In this document: one piece after another, positions 18,124 to 27,428 of the stretch | Position numbering within the stretch: the stretch's first letter is position 1 | Layout of the letters: every line of letters begins with the position of its first letter | Source of the DNA: Pseudomonadota bacterium | GTDB taxonomy: Bacteria; Pseudomonadota; Alphaproteobacteria; UBA2136; UBA6156 | Direction: 5' to 3' | DNA length: 64,000 nt | Assembly: GCA_016125035.1 (NCBI GenBank) | Contig: WGMN01000001.1 | Span: forward strand, 258,427-322,426 | The notes under the pieces: generated by a model | Databases searched by the model: none | Told to the model about the DNA's origin: nothing | Seen by the model: only the letters and a program-made list of their open reading frames with translations | Translations under genes and position numbers: made by a program

Positions 18124-20586
18124 TTAATCGTTTACAGTGACATAGTGGTGACGGGAGCCGGCACGGAACTCGGCCAGCTCGGTGGTGACCTTGGTAAGCT
18201 GCCAGCCTTCCAGCGTTTGGCCGATGAGCAGCACCCCTTCCCGCCCCGAGGCGTAGGCGATGATGCCGCGGTCTGGGACGAAGCTGAGGACTTCCACGGA
18301 GGGGAAATCGGTGGTGGCCAGGCGCGGTTTGAGGCCGCGGGGGATTTCCACCTTGGGTTTTTCAGGTGCGAAGGGCTCGACCTTGAAATCGGAAAGTTGG
18401 CGCACCTGGGCGGGGGCGTTGGCCACGGGCTCGCCCATGATGGGCAGCTTTTTGGGGTTGTTGGTGTAGAGCTCGGGCGGGGGCAGCAGGGCCGACTGCT
18501 GGCCGCCGGCTGCGCTGCCGCCGGCGGCGGCGCTGGCATCCACCGGGGTTGAGGCGAGGGGTTTGCCATCCATGTAAGCGTCTGGGTCGCGGTTGAAGGC
18601 GGCGGCGGTGGGCACGGCGGCTTTAACGGCTTCGGTATTGTCGGTTTCGGTTAGTGATTTGCGGTAGGCGGCAAGTTCGCTCTGCAGTTTTTCAGGTGTG
18701 AGGTTTTCATCTGCATCGGGTGATGAAGGTGCGGCCGCCTGTTGCTGCGCGGAGGAACCGGGAGCGCCCCCCTTCTCGGCGCGCGCATTGGCCACCGCAC
18801 GCTGGAATTTGGCAAACAGGCTTACGTCTTCAGGCATGGTTTCGGAGCCGTCGGCAACGATGGGCTGGGCGGCCTGGTCGGGGGGAACGTCGGCAAAGTC
18901 TATCTGCGCGTTGGATTGCGCGCCCGGCTGGTTGGGCATGGATGCCATGGCCCCCACGGCAGGCGGCGGCAGCAGTGCGCCGTTGGCCACCGAAGAGGGG
19001 CTGACGCTGCCAAGTTGGGCCATGGAGAAAGTGCTCTCTGGCCGGACACCGCCATTGGCGCCTGAAAGATTTTCGGTTTGCTCATTGAGTGAGCCTGTCC
19101 AGCGCGCGACCTTTTCTTGCAGGTCGCTTTGTTTGCGCCCGCTGCTCCAGATGAACAGGGCGATAACACCCACCGCCACGGCCACCAGGCCCAGCCCCCA
19201 CACTGAGGAACTGCCACGGTTAAAGCCCGACATGCGGCCGTTTTTGCCGGAGCCGTGAAGCTCGGGCGGAGGAAGAGTGGGGGCAGCGCCGCGATTTTGC
19301 GGGACCGCCCAGGCCGGGCCGCTGGGAGCGGGGGTACCGGCCGTGGGTTTGAAGAAATCGGCAGGCGGTGAAAGCGCGGTGGCGGAGGAATCGGCAGGTG
19401 CTGCGGTTTGTGGCAGATCGACATCCCAATCGCTTGAGACCGGGGCATCGTTCGCCCATGGCAGGTTGGAGCCGGAGCTGGGGAGATCTGGCATGACAAG
19501 GGGCCCGGTGGGGCGCGGCGGAAGTGCGGCGGACGCGGCGGGCGGCAAGGGCGCTTGCACCGGCTGTGCAGGCAAGCCTGGCGTTGGAGAGGGCTCTTCG
19601 TGCACGGCGGTGGCGGGAGAGGAATAGGGCTCCGGCAGTGCGGGTTCGTTATCTGCAAATGGGGATTCTGACTCGGCGGCGCCCACGGGAACGTTGCTGA
19701 CAAGGTCATCTCCCGGAGGCGGGGCGATGATGCCGGAGGCGATCAGCTCTTCGTCCACACGGTCGAGCGGGCGGGTGTCGACCGGGACAGAAGGGTCCAT
19801 ACGCGAGGTTCCGGAAGACGGCAAAGTTGCGGCGGGCGCGGAGGGGGCCACCGTGGCGGCGGCAAAATCACGCGGCTTTTTTTCGCGCTGGCGGCGAGTG
19901 CCGGATTGCGGGGCGGCGGCAGGTTGGTACTCGCTGACATCGGGAGAAGGCGGGTTGGGGCGGGAAAGTTGGCTTGGCGCCTGCTGGGATGACCTCTCGG
20001 CGTTTTGCCCTGCGGGGGATTGAAATTTGCGCGGGCGGTCTTCCCCCCGGCCAGGCGCACGGCGCTTGAGCGGATTGTTTTGCGGCCGCGAAGGTTGCGG
20101 GCGGTTTTCTGCCGGAGCCTGCGGTTCTGGCCGTTGCGGGGCGGCTTGTTGCGGGGCGGGGGATTCCGCCTTTTTCTCCGCGACAGGCTCAGCGGCGGAG
20201 GGGGCAGCTTCGGCCGGTTTTTCCACCTGGGGCGTTGGCGCGGTGACGGCCTCAGGGGCGACTTCAGGCGCGGGTTGAGGCGCGGGCGCGGCCTCCACTT
20301 GTTGGGGGGCTGCCGTTGGCGCGGGCGTTGAAAAAGAATCTTCCAGCACGCGCTTGGGAGTGGAAGGCAAGGTGGAGAAAGCGCTGCTGGCGGCGGCGGC
20401 GACTTGCGCCTCGGTGGGTGTGGAGACCTCTGCCGCCTGCGGAGCAGGTTGGGGAACGGGTGACGGAGCAGGCTGGGCCGGCGCAGGTGCTGAATTTACA
20501 GGAGAAGAGGAGGTTGAAGGCGCGAGTGTATCCTCCGGCGGGGGAGCGCCGGTGAGACGTGAAGGAAGGACGCGCCGAAGGGCCAT
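18124..20586 (-). CDS. proline/alanine-rich bitopic membrane protein (820 aa)
   Basis: Long low-complexity P/A/Q-rich regions on both sides of a single TM segment (GLGLVAVAVGVIALFIWSS). The C-terminal ~110 aa look globular. Confidence 0.55.
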   Translation of the reverse strand: MALRRVLPSRLTGAPPPEDTLAPSTSSSPVNSAPAPAQPAPSPVPQPAPQAAEVSTPTEAQVAAAASSAFSTLPSTPKRVLEDSFSTPAPTAAPQQVEAAPAPQPAPEVAPEAVTAPTPQVEKPAEAAPSAAEPVAEKKAESPAPQQAAPQRPEPQAPAENRPQPSRPQNNPLKRRAPGRGEDRPRKFQSPAGQNAERSSQQAPSQLSRPNPPSPDVSEYQPAAAPQSGTRRQREKKPRDFAAATVAPSAPAATLPSSGTSRMDPSVPVDTRPLDRVDEELIASGIIAPPPGDDLVSNVPVGAAESESPFADNEPALPEPYSSPATAVHEEPSPTPGLPAQPVQAPLPPAASAALPPRPTGPLVMPDLPSSGSNLPWANDAPVSSDWDVDLPQTAAPADSSATALSPPADFFKPTAGTPAPSGPAWAVPQNRGAAPTLPPPELHGSGKNGRMSGFNRGSSSVWGLGLVAVAVGVIALFIWSSGRKQSDLQEKVARWTGSLNEQTENLSGANGGVRPESTFSMAQLGSVSPSSVANGALLPPPAVGAMASMPNQPGAQSNAQIDFADVPPDQAAQPIVADGSETMPEDVSLFAKFQRAVANARAEKGGAPGSSAQQQAAAPSSPDADENLTPEKLQSELAAYRKSLTETDNTEAVKAAVPTAAAFNRDPDAYMDGKPLASTPVDASAAAGGSAAGGQQSALLPPPELYTNNPKKLPIMGEPVANAPAQVRQLSDFKVEPFAPEKPKVEIPRGLKPRLATTDFPSVEVLSFVPDRGIIAYASGREGVLLIGQTLEGWQLTKVTTELAEFRAGSRHHYVTVND

Positions 20587-20677
20587 GGCGAAAACGATTT
20601 TATCTTGGTATATGAAGACTTACCAGTACGCGCAGGCGCTTATGCGTAATTTGACGGCAACGGAGGCAATGGGTTGC

Positions 20678-23278
20678 TTACTTGGGGCGACGCGCCGAAC
20701 TGCGCGCCGCGCGCACACCGTGGGGATATTTCTCGGCGAAGGCGACGGTAGCCTTCCACCAGTCACCGTCCAATTCCTCTCGCAGGCGTTTGATTTCTGC
20801 CACATCGTCGGGGGTTGTGGTGGCCAGCGCGTAGGTGAGTTTGTCGGCGATGAGGCGGCACACCACCTCGCCGTGCGGTGACATGAAATAAAACTCGGAG
20901 AAAAAGCCCGGGCGCGTCATGAGGCTGGCGATGGATTGCTGGTGCCTCTCTGACCGCAGGCCGAGGGATTGCATGAGAATGGGGATCATCTCGCGGCGCG
21001 GTTTGAGAATGAGACGCTTGGTAATGTTGCCAATAATCGCCTGGCCGACATCGGTGGTGAGGTCTTCTTCGTTTTGCGAGGCGATACCGCACATGCAGTT
21101 AAGCGAGCGGTAAGTGCGGAAGGCGCGCTTGAGCTGGTTGGCCACCAGCGCACCGCCCTTGGCAGAGATCATGCTGACCATTTCATCCACCAGGAGGTGT
21201 TTCTTCTCGCCACGGTCACCCAAGTACATGACGTTATCTATCATGGTGAAAATGGCGTTGATGATGACGTCGGAGATTTTTTCGTTGAGCACGTTTTGCA
21301 GGTTAAAGACCACCATTTTGTCTTTTTCGGTGAAGCTGGGAGGGCCGTCGAACAGGCGGCCGTAGATGCCTTTCTCACAATACGAGCCGATTTCGCGCGC
21401 CATGGTCATGCCGGCCTCGCGCGAGGCTTCATCCGCATAGGGAAATTTGAGGTAGGCCTGCTGGATCCAGGTGGGGCGCAGCACGTCATCCGGCGGCACG
21501 ATATCGTAAGCATATTGCACCACCTGCTCGATGAGGCGTTGCTCGGTGCGGCTGATTTTGTAATCGCCCTTTTGGATCATCAGCTCCACCGAAGTTGTCC
21601 ATTGCTGGAGGCGGAGTTTTGAGATTTCTCCGGCAAAGGGGTTGATGCAGACGTCTTGCCGGTCTAGGTCGATGATGATCAGCTTGCCCATGGTTTCGGC
21701 GAAGCGGTCGTAGTCATCCTTGATGGTCATGAGATATTGTTTTTCAACGCCGGCGCTGAACATCTGCAAAGTAAGATCGACCACCGCGAACGACTTACCG
21801 GAGCCGGAGGTTCCGGTAATGGCGTAGTGCCAGTTCATGAAGTCTGGGCTGGTGTGGTCGAAGAAGGTGATTTCGCCGTCGCGGTTGACGTAGATGGCTT
21901 GGGGCGTGTTGTTCTCATACCTGGTGTGAGGACGGCCGTGGCCACCCCAGTGCCCGTGGACCGGAAGCAGGTCGACGATATCGTCGGAGAGCACGCGGCG
22001 GGTGCGGGCAAACGGGTTGGAAAAACGCGCGCGCCACGACAGCGGCCAGCTGTAGCTGAAGGCTTGCAGCGACATGGACTTTTCAATATCCGGCACCACC
22101 GAGCGTTTTTTGAACTCGGACGAGACGCGCATAAGCGAATCTTCCACCTCGGCCTTGGTTTTGCCGTGAATGATGACACCGACCATGGCAAAGACGATTT
22201 TACGGCCGCCGAACAGCCGTGTTTTTACCTCTGATGCCTCTTGCGCGTAGAGCTCGGCCTCCTCTTTATTAAAGGCCGAGGCCACGCGTTTGCGCATGGC
22301 CGCACCGAGGGTGAGTTTGACCTTCTCGAGCTGCTGGTTGGCGCTGGTGAGATTGCAGAAAAACGTCATCTGGCCGTTTAGGGTGCGGCGGATGCTGCCG
22401 AGGTAATCGGAAATGATGTTGTCTGGCATCATCGCCAGCATGACGGTGCCGTGGTAGTCGTCGCCGATTTTGACGATGTCGTACTCGTTCTCCAGCGGCA
22501 GGGGGAAGACCTGTTCGGCAAAGGGACGCAGAGGATCGATGCTGATGCGCTGAGTGGGGTCTTTGTAGGAAGGAGCGTAGGCTGTCCAGTAGTGCTCTTT
22601 TAAATCTTCCAGGGACATGCGGTGCATTTCGAACATGCCGTTGAGCGTGTTTTCCGCAGCCATGACGGCTTCGCGGAAATCCACCAGCGCGGTCTTGACC
22701 GTTTCTTCCACGAACCAGCCGGCCGCGCGCCCCATGTTGAGGCCCAGTACGGCGAACACCTGAGCCACGGCGATATAGGCGATTTCCAGCACTGCCTTCA
22801 TCAGGCCAAAGCGCTCGGTGTTTTCCATCGTGCGCAGGGTGATGACCATGTAGGTTTCGCGCAGGCGGGTAAAGCCGCGCTCGCTTACCGCATAGCCGCG
22901 GGCGCCGGAATCGCGGATTTTTTCCGCGCGGGACTGGCGCAACAGTTTGGCACGCTCGAGAGCCGGGGTGGCGTCTAGGTAAGATTGCAGCGGCTTGGTG
23001 AGGTTATTGTGTGAAGTGATGATGACCTGCGCTTCATAATCCTGCGGGATGCTCTCGAGGAATGTGCGCAGTTCGTTCACCGTATCGCCATAGCCGGAAT
23101 CCATGGAATAGCTGGGAGGAACCGGGCAACGCCAGCAAATGCCCAAGGCGCCGTCTTTGAGCAGGTGAACCCGATAGAGCGGGGATTTAGGGTCGTCATT
23201 AAACTCGAAATACGGCAATTGCTCGGCAAGTTGGTACGGCCGAGGCGGGGTGTATTTGTCGCGGTGGAAGAAACCCAT
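20678..23278 (-). CDS. VirB4/TraC-family T4SS ATPase
   Basis: 866 aa. A Walker A motif (GTSGSGKSF) sits in the C-terminal half. Walker B is LLVDEMVS, and there is a GIASQNEEDL motif. Size and layout match F-type TraC. Confidence 0.85.
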   Translation of the reverse strand: MGFFHRDKYTPPRPYQLAEQLPYFEFNDDPKSPLYRVHLLKDGALGICWRCPVPPSYSMDSGYGDTVNELRTFLESIPQDYEAQVIITSHNNLTKPLQSYLDATPALERAKLLRQSRAEKIRDSGARGYAVSERGFTRLRETYMVITLRTMENTERFGLMKAVLEIAYIAVAQVFAVLGLNMGRAAGWFVEETVKTALVDFREAVMAAENTLNGMFEMHRMSLEDLKEHYWTAYAPSYKDPTQRISIDPLRPFAEQVFPLPLENEYDIVKIGDDYHGTVMLAMMPDNIISDYLGSIRRTLNGQMTFFCNLTSANQQLEKVKLTLGAAMRKRVASAFNKEEAELYAQEASEVKTRLFGGRKIVFAMVGVIIHGKTKAEVEDSLMRVSSEFKKRSVVPDIEKSMSLQAFSYSWPLSWRARFSNPFARTRRVLSDDIVDLLPVHGHWGGHGRPHTRYENNTPQAIYVNRDGEITFFDHTSPDFMNWHYAITGTSGSGKSFAVVDLTLQMFSAGVEKQYLMTIKDDYDRFAETMGKLIIIDLDRQDVCINPFAGEISKLRLQQWTTSVELMIQKGDYKISRTEQRLIEQVVQYAYDIVPPDDVLRPTWIQQAYLKFPYADEASREAGMTMAREIGSYCEKGIYGRLFDGPPSFTEKDKMVVFNLQNVLNEKISDVIINAIFTMIDNVMYLGDRGEKKHLLVDEMVSMISAKGGALVANQLKRAFRTYRSLNCMCGIASQNEEDLTTDVGQAIIGNITKRLILKPRREMIPILMQSLGLRSERHQQSIASLMTRPGFFSEFYFMSPHGEVVCRLIADKLTYALATTTPDDVAEIKRLREELDGDWWKATVAFAEKYPHGVRAARSSARRPK

Positions 23279-23309
23279 TTTTCTTTTTGTGCCGGTTTAC
23301 CTTGGCCCG

Positions 23310-23771
23310 TTATGGAGTGCCGTTGGGCATGGCTGCCGCACCAAGGTTGGGGCGCCCTGCCGGGCCGCCTGCGTCGTCTTGCCCCAGGGGAAGCTCGTTG
23401 GCGGGGCGGGCCCATTGGTAGCGGTCGGTGAGGAAGATGGTGCTCCAGTTGCCGAAAACGCGGGTGTTATCATCGGTGATGTGGGGGTAAGTCCACAGCA
23501 AGAGGGTTTGCGGCGGGCTGACCAGCGCCAGCTCTTTTTCTGGCAGGTAGCTGGGCCTATCCACCTTGGGGCGTGTGGATTGGCGGATAACCGGGTTTTG
23601 CATGCCCCCTGAACCACCCCGCATGTTTTGCGCGGTGGAAAGGGCGCTGTCCATGCTGAGGGGATAGTCGGGCGGGACCGCGCTGCCGTAATAGCGGCAG
23701 CCCGCCAGCAACACGGCTGAAAACACCAGGCCCTTGGCCAGGTGGGGAAGGAAGGAGGACGGTGTGCGCAT
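23310..23771 (-). CDS. small lipoprotein, TraV-like by position
   Basis: Lipobox LLAGC. The gene sits between the TraB-like and TraC-like genes, as traV does in the F plasmid. Confidence 0.4.
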   Translation of the reverse strand: MRTPSSFLPHLAKGLVFSAVLLAGCRYYGSAVPPDYPLSMDSALSTAQNMRGGSGGMQNPVIRQSTRPKVDRPSYLPEKELALVSPPQTLLLWTYPHITDDNTRVFGNWSTIFLTDRYQWARPANELPLGQDDAGGPAGRPNLGAAAMPNGTP

Positions 23772-23786
23772 GGGTGTTTTCTCCTG

Positions 23787-25217
23787 CTATTGGGTTTGCT
23801 GCTGGCCCGTGGCCTGGGAAACATCGGCAGGGCTGCCGCTGGCGCGGGCCGCGTCTGCCGCCTGGGCATCAAACAGCAAGGACCAGGGGCTGCCCTCGGC
23901 GCGAAGCTCGGTGCCGTTGAGGATGACCAGATGAATTTGGCGAGTGGCATCCAACCGGATGAAAGGTTGAACGCGGTTGACGCGCTCCATCAGGTAGTCG
24001 CGCAGCGAAGACATGGCTTTGTTAACACCCCCGGCGACCTCTGCCTTAGCCTGGCTGCCGGTAATGGCGTTTTGCTGGGTGCCGTTGGAGTCTACCGTGG
24101 TGGTTTGCTGGTTTTGCGCAATAACCTCGCCGATGCCGGCGGCGAAGTCGGCAAGCATGGAGGCGGCGATGCGGGTGGGGTCGCCCTCGTAGAGCATGCC
24201 GGGGACACCGATGATGCCGTCGTCGGCGTCTACCACGTAACCGGAAAGGGAATAAGTGGCGGCACCACGGTCGGGATAGACGCATGTCATGCGCGCGGGT
24301 TTGCCCACGGCGCGCTCGGTGGAAATGTTGCCGTTGAATTCCACCATTACAAAACAGCCGTCGAGGCTGACGGTTGAACCCATGGCGGTTTTGTAGACAC
24401 CCTCCACCCGTGCCAGCGCGGGGGTTGGTGTGCCGCCCACCAGGGCATCCACCCCGTTAAGCAGAGTGGCTTTAACAAACCCGAGCGGCGGCATGAAAGG
24501 CAGCTTGGCGCCCGTGCCATCGGCCTTAAGTGCGTCGGTTGCGTCGCTAGCGCCCTGCGGGCGCCCCTGACCGAAAGGGGATAACAGCGCCGAACCGCCG
24601 CGCGGCCCCGCCGCCCCCCCTAATGTAACCTGGTTGATACGCTGGCGGCGCGGAGCCACCGGACCGTTGCCCACACCACCTTCCACCGGGGAGTTGAGCT
24701 CCATCTGGTGTTGTTGGTCGGCAAGTTGCGCCAAACGATCGGCATCCTTGGCGCGCTCGAGTTGCAGGTTTTTGATCTCGGCGGTGAAGTCGCTCATCAT
24801 TTGCGTCATCTGGCGCTGAAGCTCTTGGTTTTGCGACAGCGCGTCCTGCAGGGCGTGGTCACGCTGTTGGAAGCTATCTTCAATGCGGTTGCGCAGGTCG
24901 GACATTTCGCGCCGGTTCTGCTCGTAGACGTTTTGCATCACCGCCGGGCGGTCGGACTCCAGCCCGCTGAAGGGCTCGGTGCTGGAAGGCTGTGCCCCCA
25001 CAGTGCCCAAAGTGGGGCTGGCGGTGTTGGCAGCCTTATGGCTGGAACCGCTGAACATCCAGAACAACAACACCACGCCGCCGATGACGATGGCAATTTG
25101 CGCCTGCTTGGGCAGGCCGCGGAATTTGGCCAGCATGCCTTGCTGCGGCGCGGGCGCGCCTTCTTCCGCCCGCATGCCGGGGCGGGAGATGATATCGGGT
25201 TGGTTGGGCTCTGCCAT
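23787..25217 (-). CDS. TraB/VirB10-like bitopic protein
   Basis: 476 aa with one N-terminal TM, a Q-rich coiled coil and a C-terminal β-domain. Size and position match F TraB. Confidence 0.5.
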   Translation of the reverse strand: MAEPNQPDIISRPGMRAEEGAPAPQQGMLAKFRGLPKQAQIAIVIGGVVLLFWMFSGSSHKAANTASPTLGTVGAQPSSTEPFSGLESDRPAVMQNVYEQNRREMSDLRNRIEDSFQQRDHALQDALSQNQELQRQMTQMMSDFTAEIKNLQLERAKDADRLAQLADQQHQMELNSPVEGGVGNGPVAPRRQRINQVTLGGAAGPRGGSALLSPFGQGRPQGASDATDALKADGTGAKLPFMPPLGFVKATLLNGVDALVGGTPTPALARVEGVYKTAMGSTVSLDGCFVMVEFNGNISTERAVGKPARMTCVYPDRGAATYSLSGYVVDADDGIIGVPGMLYEGDPTRIAASMLADFAAGIGEVIAQNQQTTTVDSNGTQQNAITGSQAKAEVAGGVNKAMSSLRDYLMERVNRVQPFIRLDATRQIHLVILNGTELRAEGSPWSLLFDAQAADAARASGSPADVSQATGQQQTQ

Positions 25218-25223
25218 GCGTTT

Positions 25224-27317
25224 TTAAGGCCTAGGTTGAGGTTGGCTTGAAGCCAGTTTAGACGGCGCACGGCCTAAACGCAAACCACCCGCTTGCCCGG
25301 CAGGCACCCCATTTGAGGCAAGAGGAACCACCGTGACGCTTTTAGCACGCGCGAGCGTGACCAATGCGTGCTGTTCTGGTGTGATTTGGGCCAACAAACC
25401 TTCTGCGGTGGAGAGGTCTACTCCCTGGGCCCAGGCCTGCACCCAGATGGCTGGATATTTGACAAAAAGCCGGTAACGCAAACGGCGCCAGGCAAGGCCA
25501 GCCTCGCGGAAACGAAATAAAGCCGACGATAACGTAGGGCTGCGTTGTTGGAGGTTTTGCCGGTAAAGGCGGTTGGCAAACAACCTTTTGACGTTGATGA
25601 ACAACTGGCTGGCGTTGATTTCTGGCAGCCATGCAGGTGCCGCCATGGCGTTGGCCTGCAAGGCAACGTCCCCTTCCGCCCCAGAGGGGGCACCGCGTTG
25701 CACGGGCGCTTGAGAAGCAATGCGCAAAGCCTCGCGCAGGGGTTCTCCCACCACGACATGGTGGCGTGACAGTTGAGATTCCTCCATGGCTAATTTGGCA
25801 AGGGGAACAAGGCGGGATTGGAGGGCGGCCGGACAAGCCCCCACGCGGTTGTGTGGGTGGAGGTTGGGGAACACCGCCGGGTCGAGCTCGTACTCCAGCC
25901 CCGCGGGCAGAGGGTGGTAGCCCAAGGTGGCCACCGTTTGCCCCAGGGGCAAGCTATCGAGCGCTGAGCCGTAAAGGGGGTGGGTGTAATCTTTGGAGCG
26001 CTCCTGGCCGGTGCGCTCGTTGATTGTATCGTACCAGTTTTGTGCGATTGCCGGGTAAAAGCGCTGCTTCATGGCCTCGGGTAATGTGAAAACGAAGGGG
26101 TTATCTGCGACAGGGTGGCGCGCCGCGCGTACAAGCGACTGTGTTGATGCGTAAGTGTAGTGCACGGGATCCCATAATGGGCCGGAAATTTGGACGAAGT
26201 GGCCGCCGGCGTCCCAATCCCACAATGCAGGTTCTACAAAGTGGGCCGGGTGTGTGGGCAACCACACCGCCCCCCACACGGCCGCCACGCGAGGGTGAGG
26301 CAAAGAGAGGTTTGGCAGCATGGGCTGGGGCGCTTGAGCCGGGTTGTAAGCCGCCCCATTCGACACCACAACCTGAGCCGGAAAAACCTGCGCGGTTGTT
26401 ACATAGCCCGGCTGTACAACATCTAAAATGGTGCCGGCGGGTTCGGGAGAATCCTGCTGGTTGACCACCTGGTGCAGCCCTGAGACCGCGCGCCCTGCTT
26501 CCACACCAAGGATGCGGTAGTCTTCACCCACCTGGTAGATACCGTTGTAAGCCTCTAGCGTGGGGATGATGGTGACGCCTTGCAAAAACAGCTCTTCGTA
26601 CCAGGCAGCGCCGCCGTTACTTTCGTAGAATTCTTCATACGGTTGGTTCTTTGGGCGTTTATGCCAACGGGCGGTAAAAGATTGTGCTGATTTTTGCGCG
26701 AGCGTTGCGTCTACCTGTTTGGCGAACAAGCGTGTGGTTTGGGGAAGGCGCCAGCCATCTTGATAGAAAGTGTCTGGGCGCAGCTTATAAGGGGTTTGCA
26801 CGGGTTGGGGATAAACGGCGCGCAATTGCAGAGATTGCCCGGCCAGCTGCACGCCCGCAGCGGGTGCTATTTCCGCGCGGCGGTAGGTGGTGAAAATGGC
26901 GTTTTCAACCAGTTCGGCGCCCGGGGTGGCAATGGTGATATCCTCGCATCCTGCCGGGAATATGGGCGTTGCAGGCGGCGTGGGCAAAGGTAAAAGCCCG
27001 GTATGGATAACACGGCCCGCTAAATCTCTTACAAACACAGGGGCCAGCGGCCATTCGTCGAGCTGGGCAGGGTTGGCGGCATGCAGGTAGGTGGCGTCTT
27101 GCAGAATGTGATGGCCGTGTGCAGTGAGTGTAAGGGGGAGGTCGAGCTGGGCAAGCGACTGCCACTCTTCAAGACCAGGAAAAGGTTTTTGGTTGGCAAG
27201 CTCGGTGAGATGCCGGGCCAGGTGAGGATGGTCGCCACGGCGGAGATCCCAACAGCCGGCGAGAACGCGCAGCTGCTGCGCGTTTAAGGTTTCTGGCAAG
27301 TGGCGTAATGTGGCCAC
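25224..27317 (-). CDS. large hypothetical soluble/periplasmic protein (697 aa)
   Basis: ORF translationally adjacent to the TraB-like gene. No family was recognised. Confidence 0.5.
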   Translation of the reverse strand: MATLRHLPETLNAQQLRVLAGCWDLRRGDHPHLARHLTELANQKPFPGLEEWQSLAQLDLPLTLTAHGHHILQDATYLHAANPAQLDEWPLAPVFVRDLAGRVIHTGLLPLPTPPATPIFPAGCEDITIATPGAELVENAIFTTYRRAEIAPAAGVQLAGQSLQLRAVYPQPVQTPYKLRPDTFYQDGWRLPQTTRLFAKQVDATLAQKSAQSFTARWHKRPKNQPYEEFYESNGGAAWYEELFLQGVTIIPTLEAYNGIYQVGEDYRILGVEAGRAVSGLHQVVNQQDSPEPAGTILDVVQPGYVTTAQVFPAQVVVSNGAAYNPAQAPQPMLPNLSLPHPRVAAVWGAVWLPTHPAHFVEPALWDWDAGGHFVQISGPLWDPVHYTYASTQSLVRAARHPVADNPFVFTLPEAMKQRFYPAIAQNWYDTINERTGQERSKDYTHPLYGSALDSLPLGQTVATLGYHPLPAGLEYELDPAVFPNLHPHNRVGACPAALQSRLVPLAKLAMEESQLSRHHVVVGEPLREALRIASQAPVQRGAPSGAEGDVALQANAMAAPAWLPEINASQLFINVKRLFANRLYRQNLQQRSPTLSSALFRFREAGLAWRRLRYRLFVKYPAIWVQAWAQGVDLSTAEGLLAQITPEQHALVTLARAKSVTVVPLASNGVPAGQAGGLRLGRAPSKLASSQPQPRP

Positions 27318-27428
27318 AGTTTGGGGTTTTTTTACCTTGGGTTACGCGATGATAATGCCCAAGGCTTGGGCCGATGTCAGCAGATATCAGGTGTGGCGAG
27401 AGAGAAACGATGCTTGGTTAAGCTGCAG

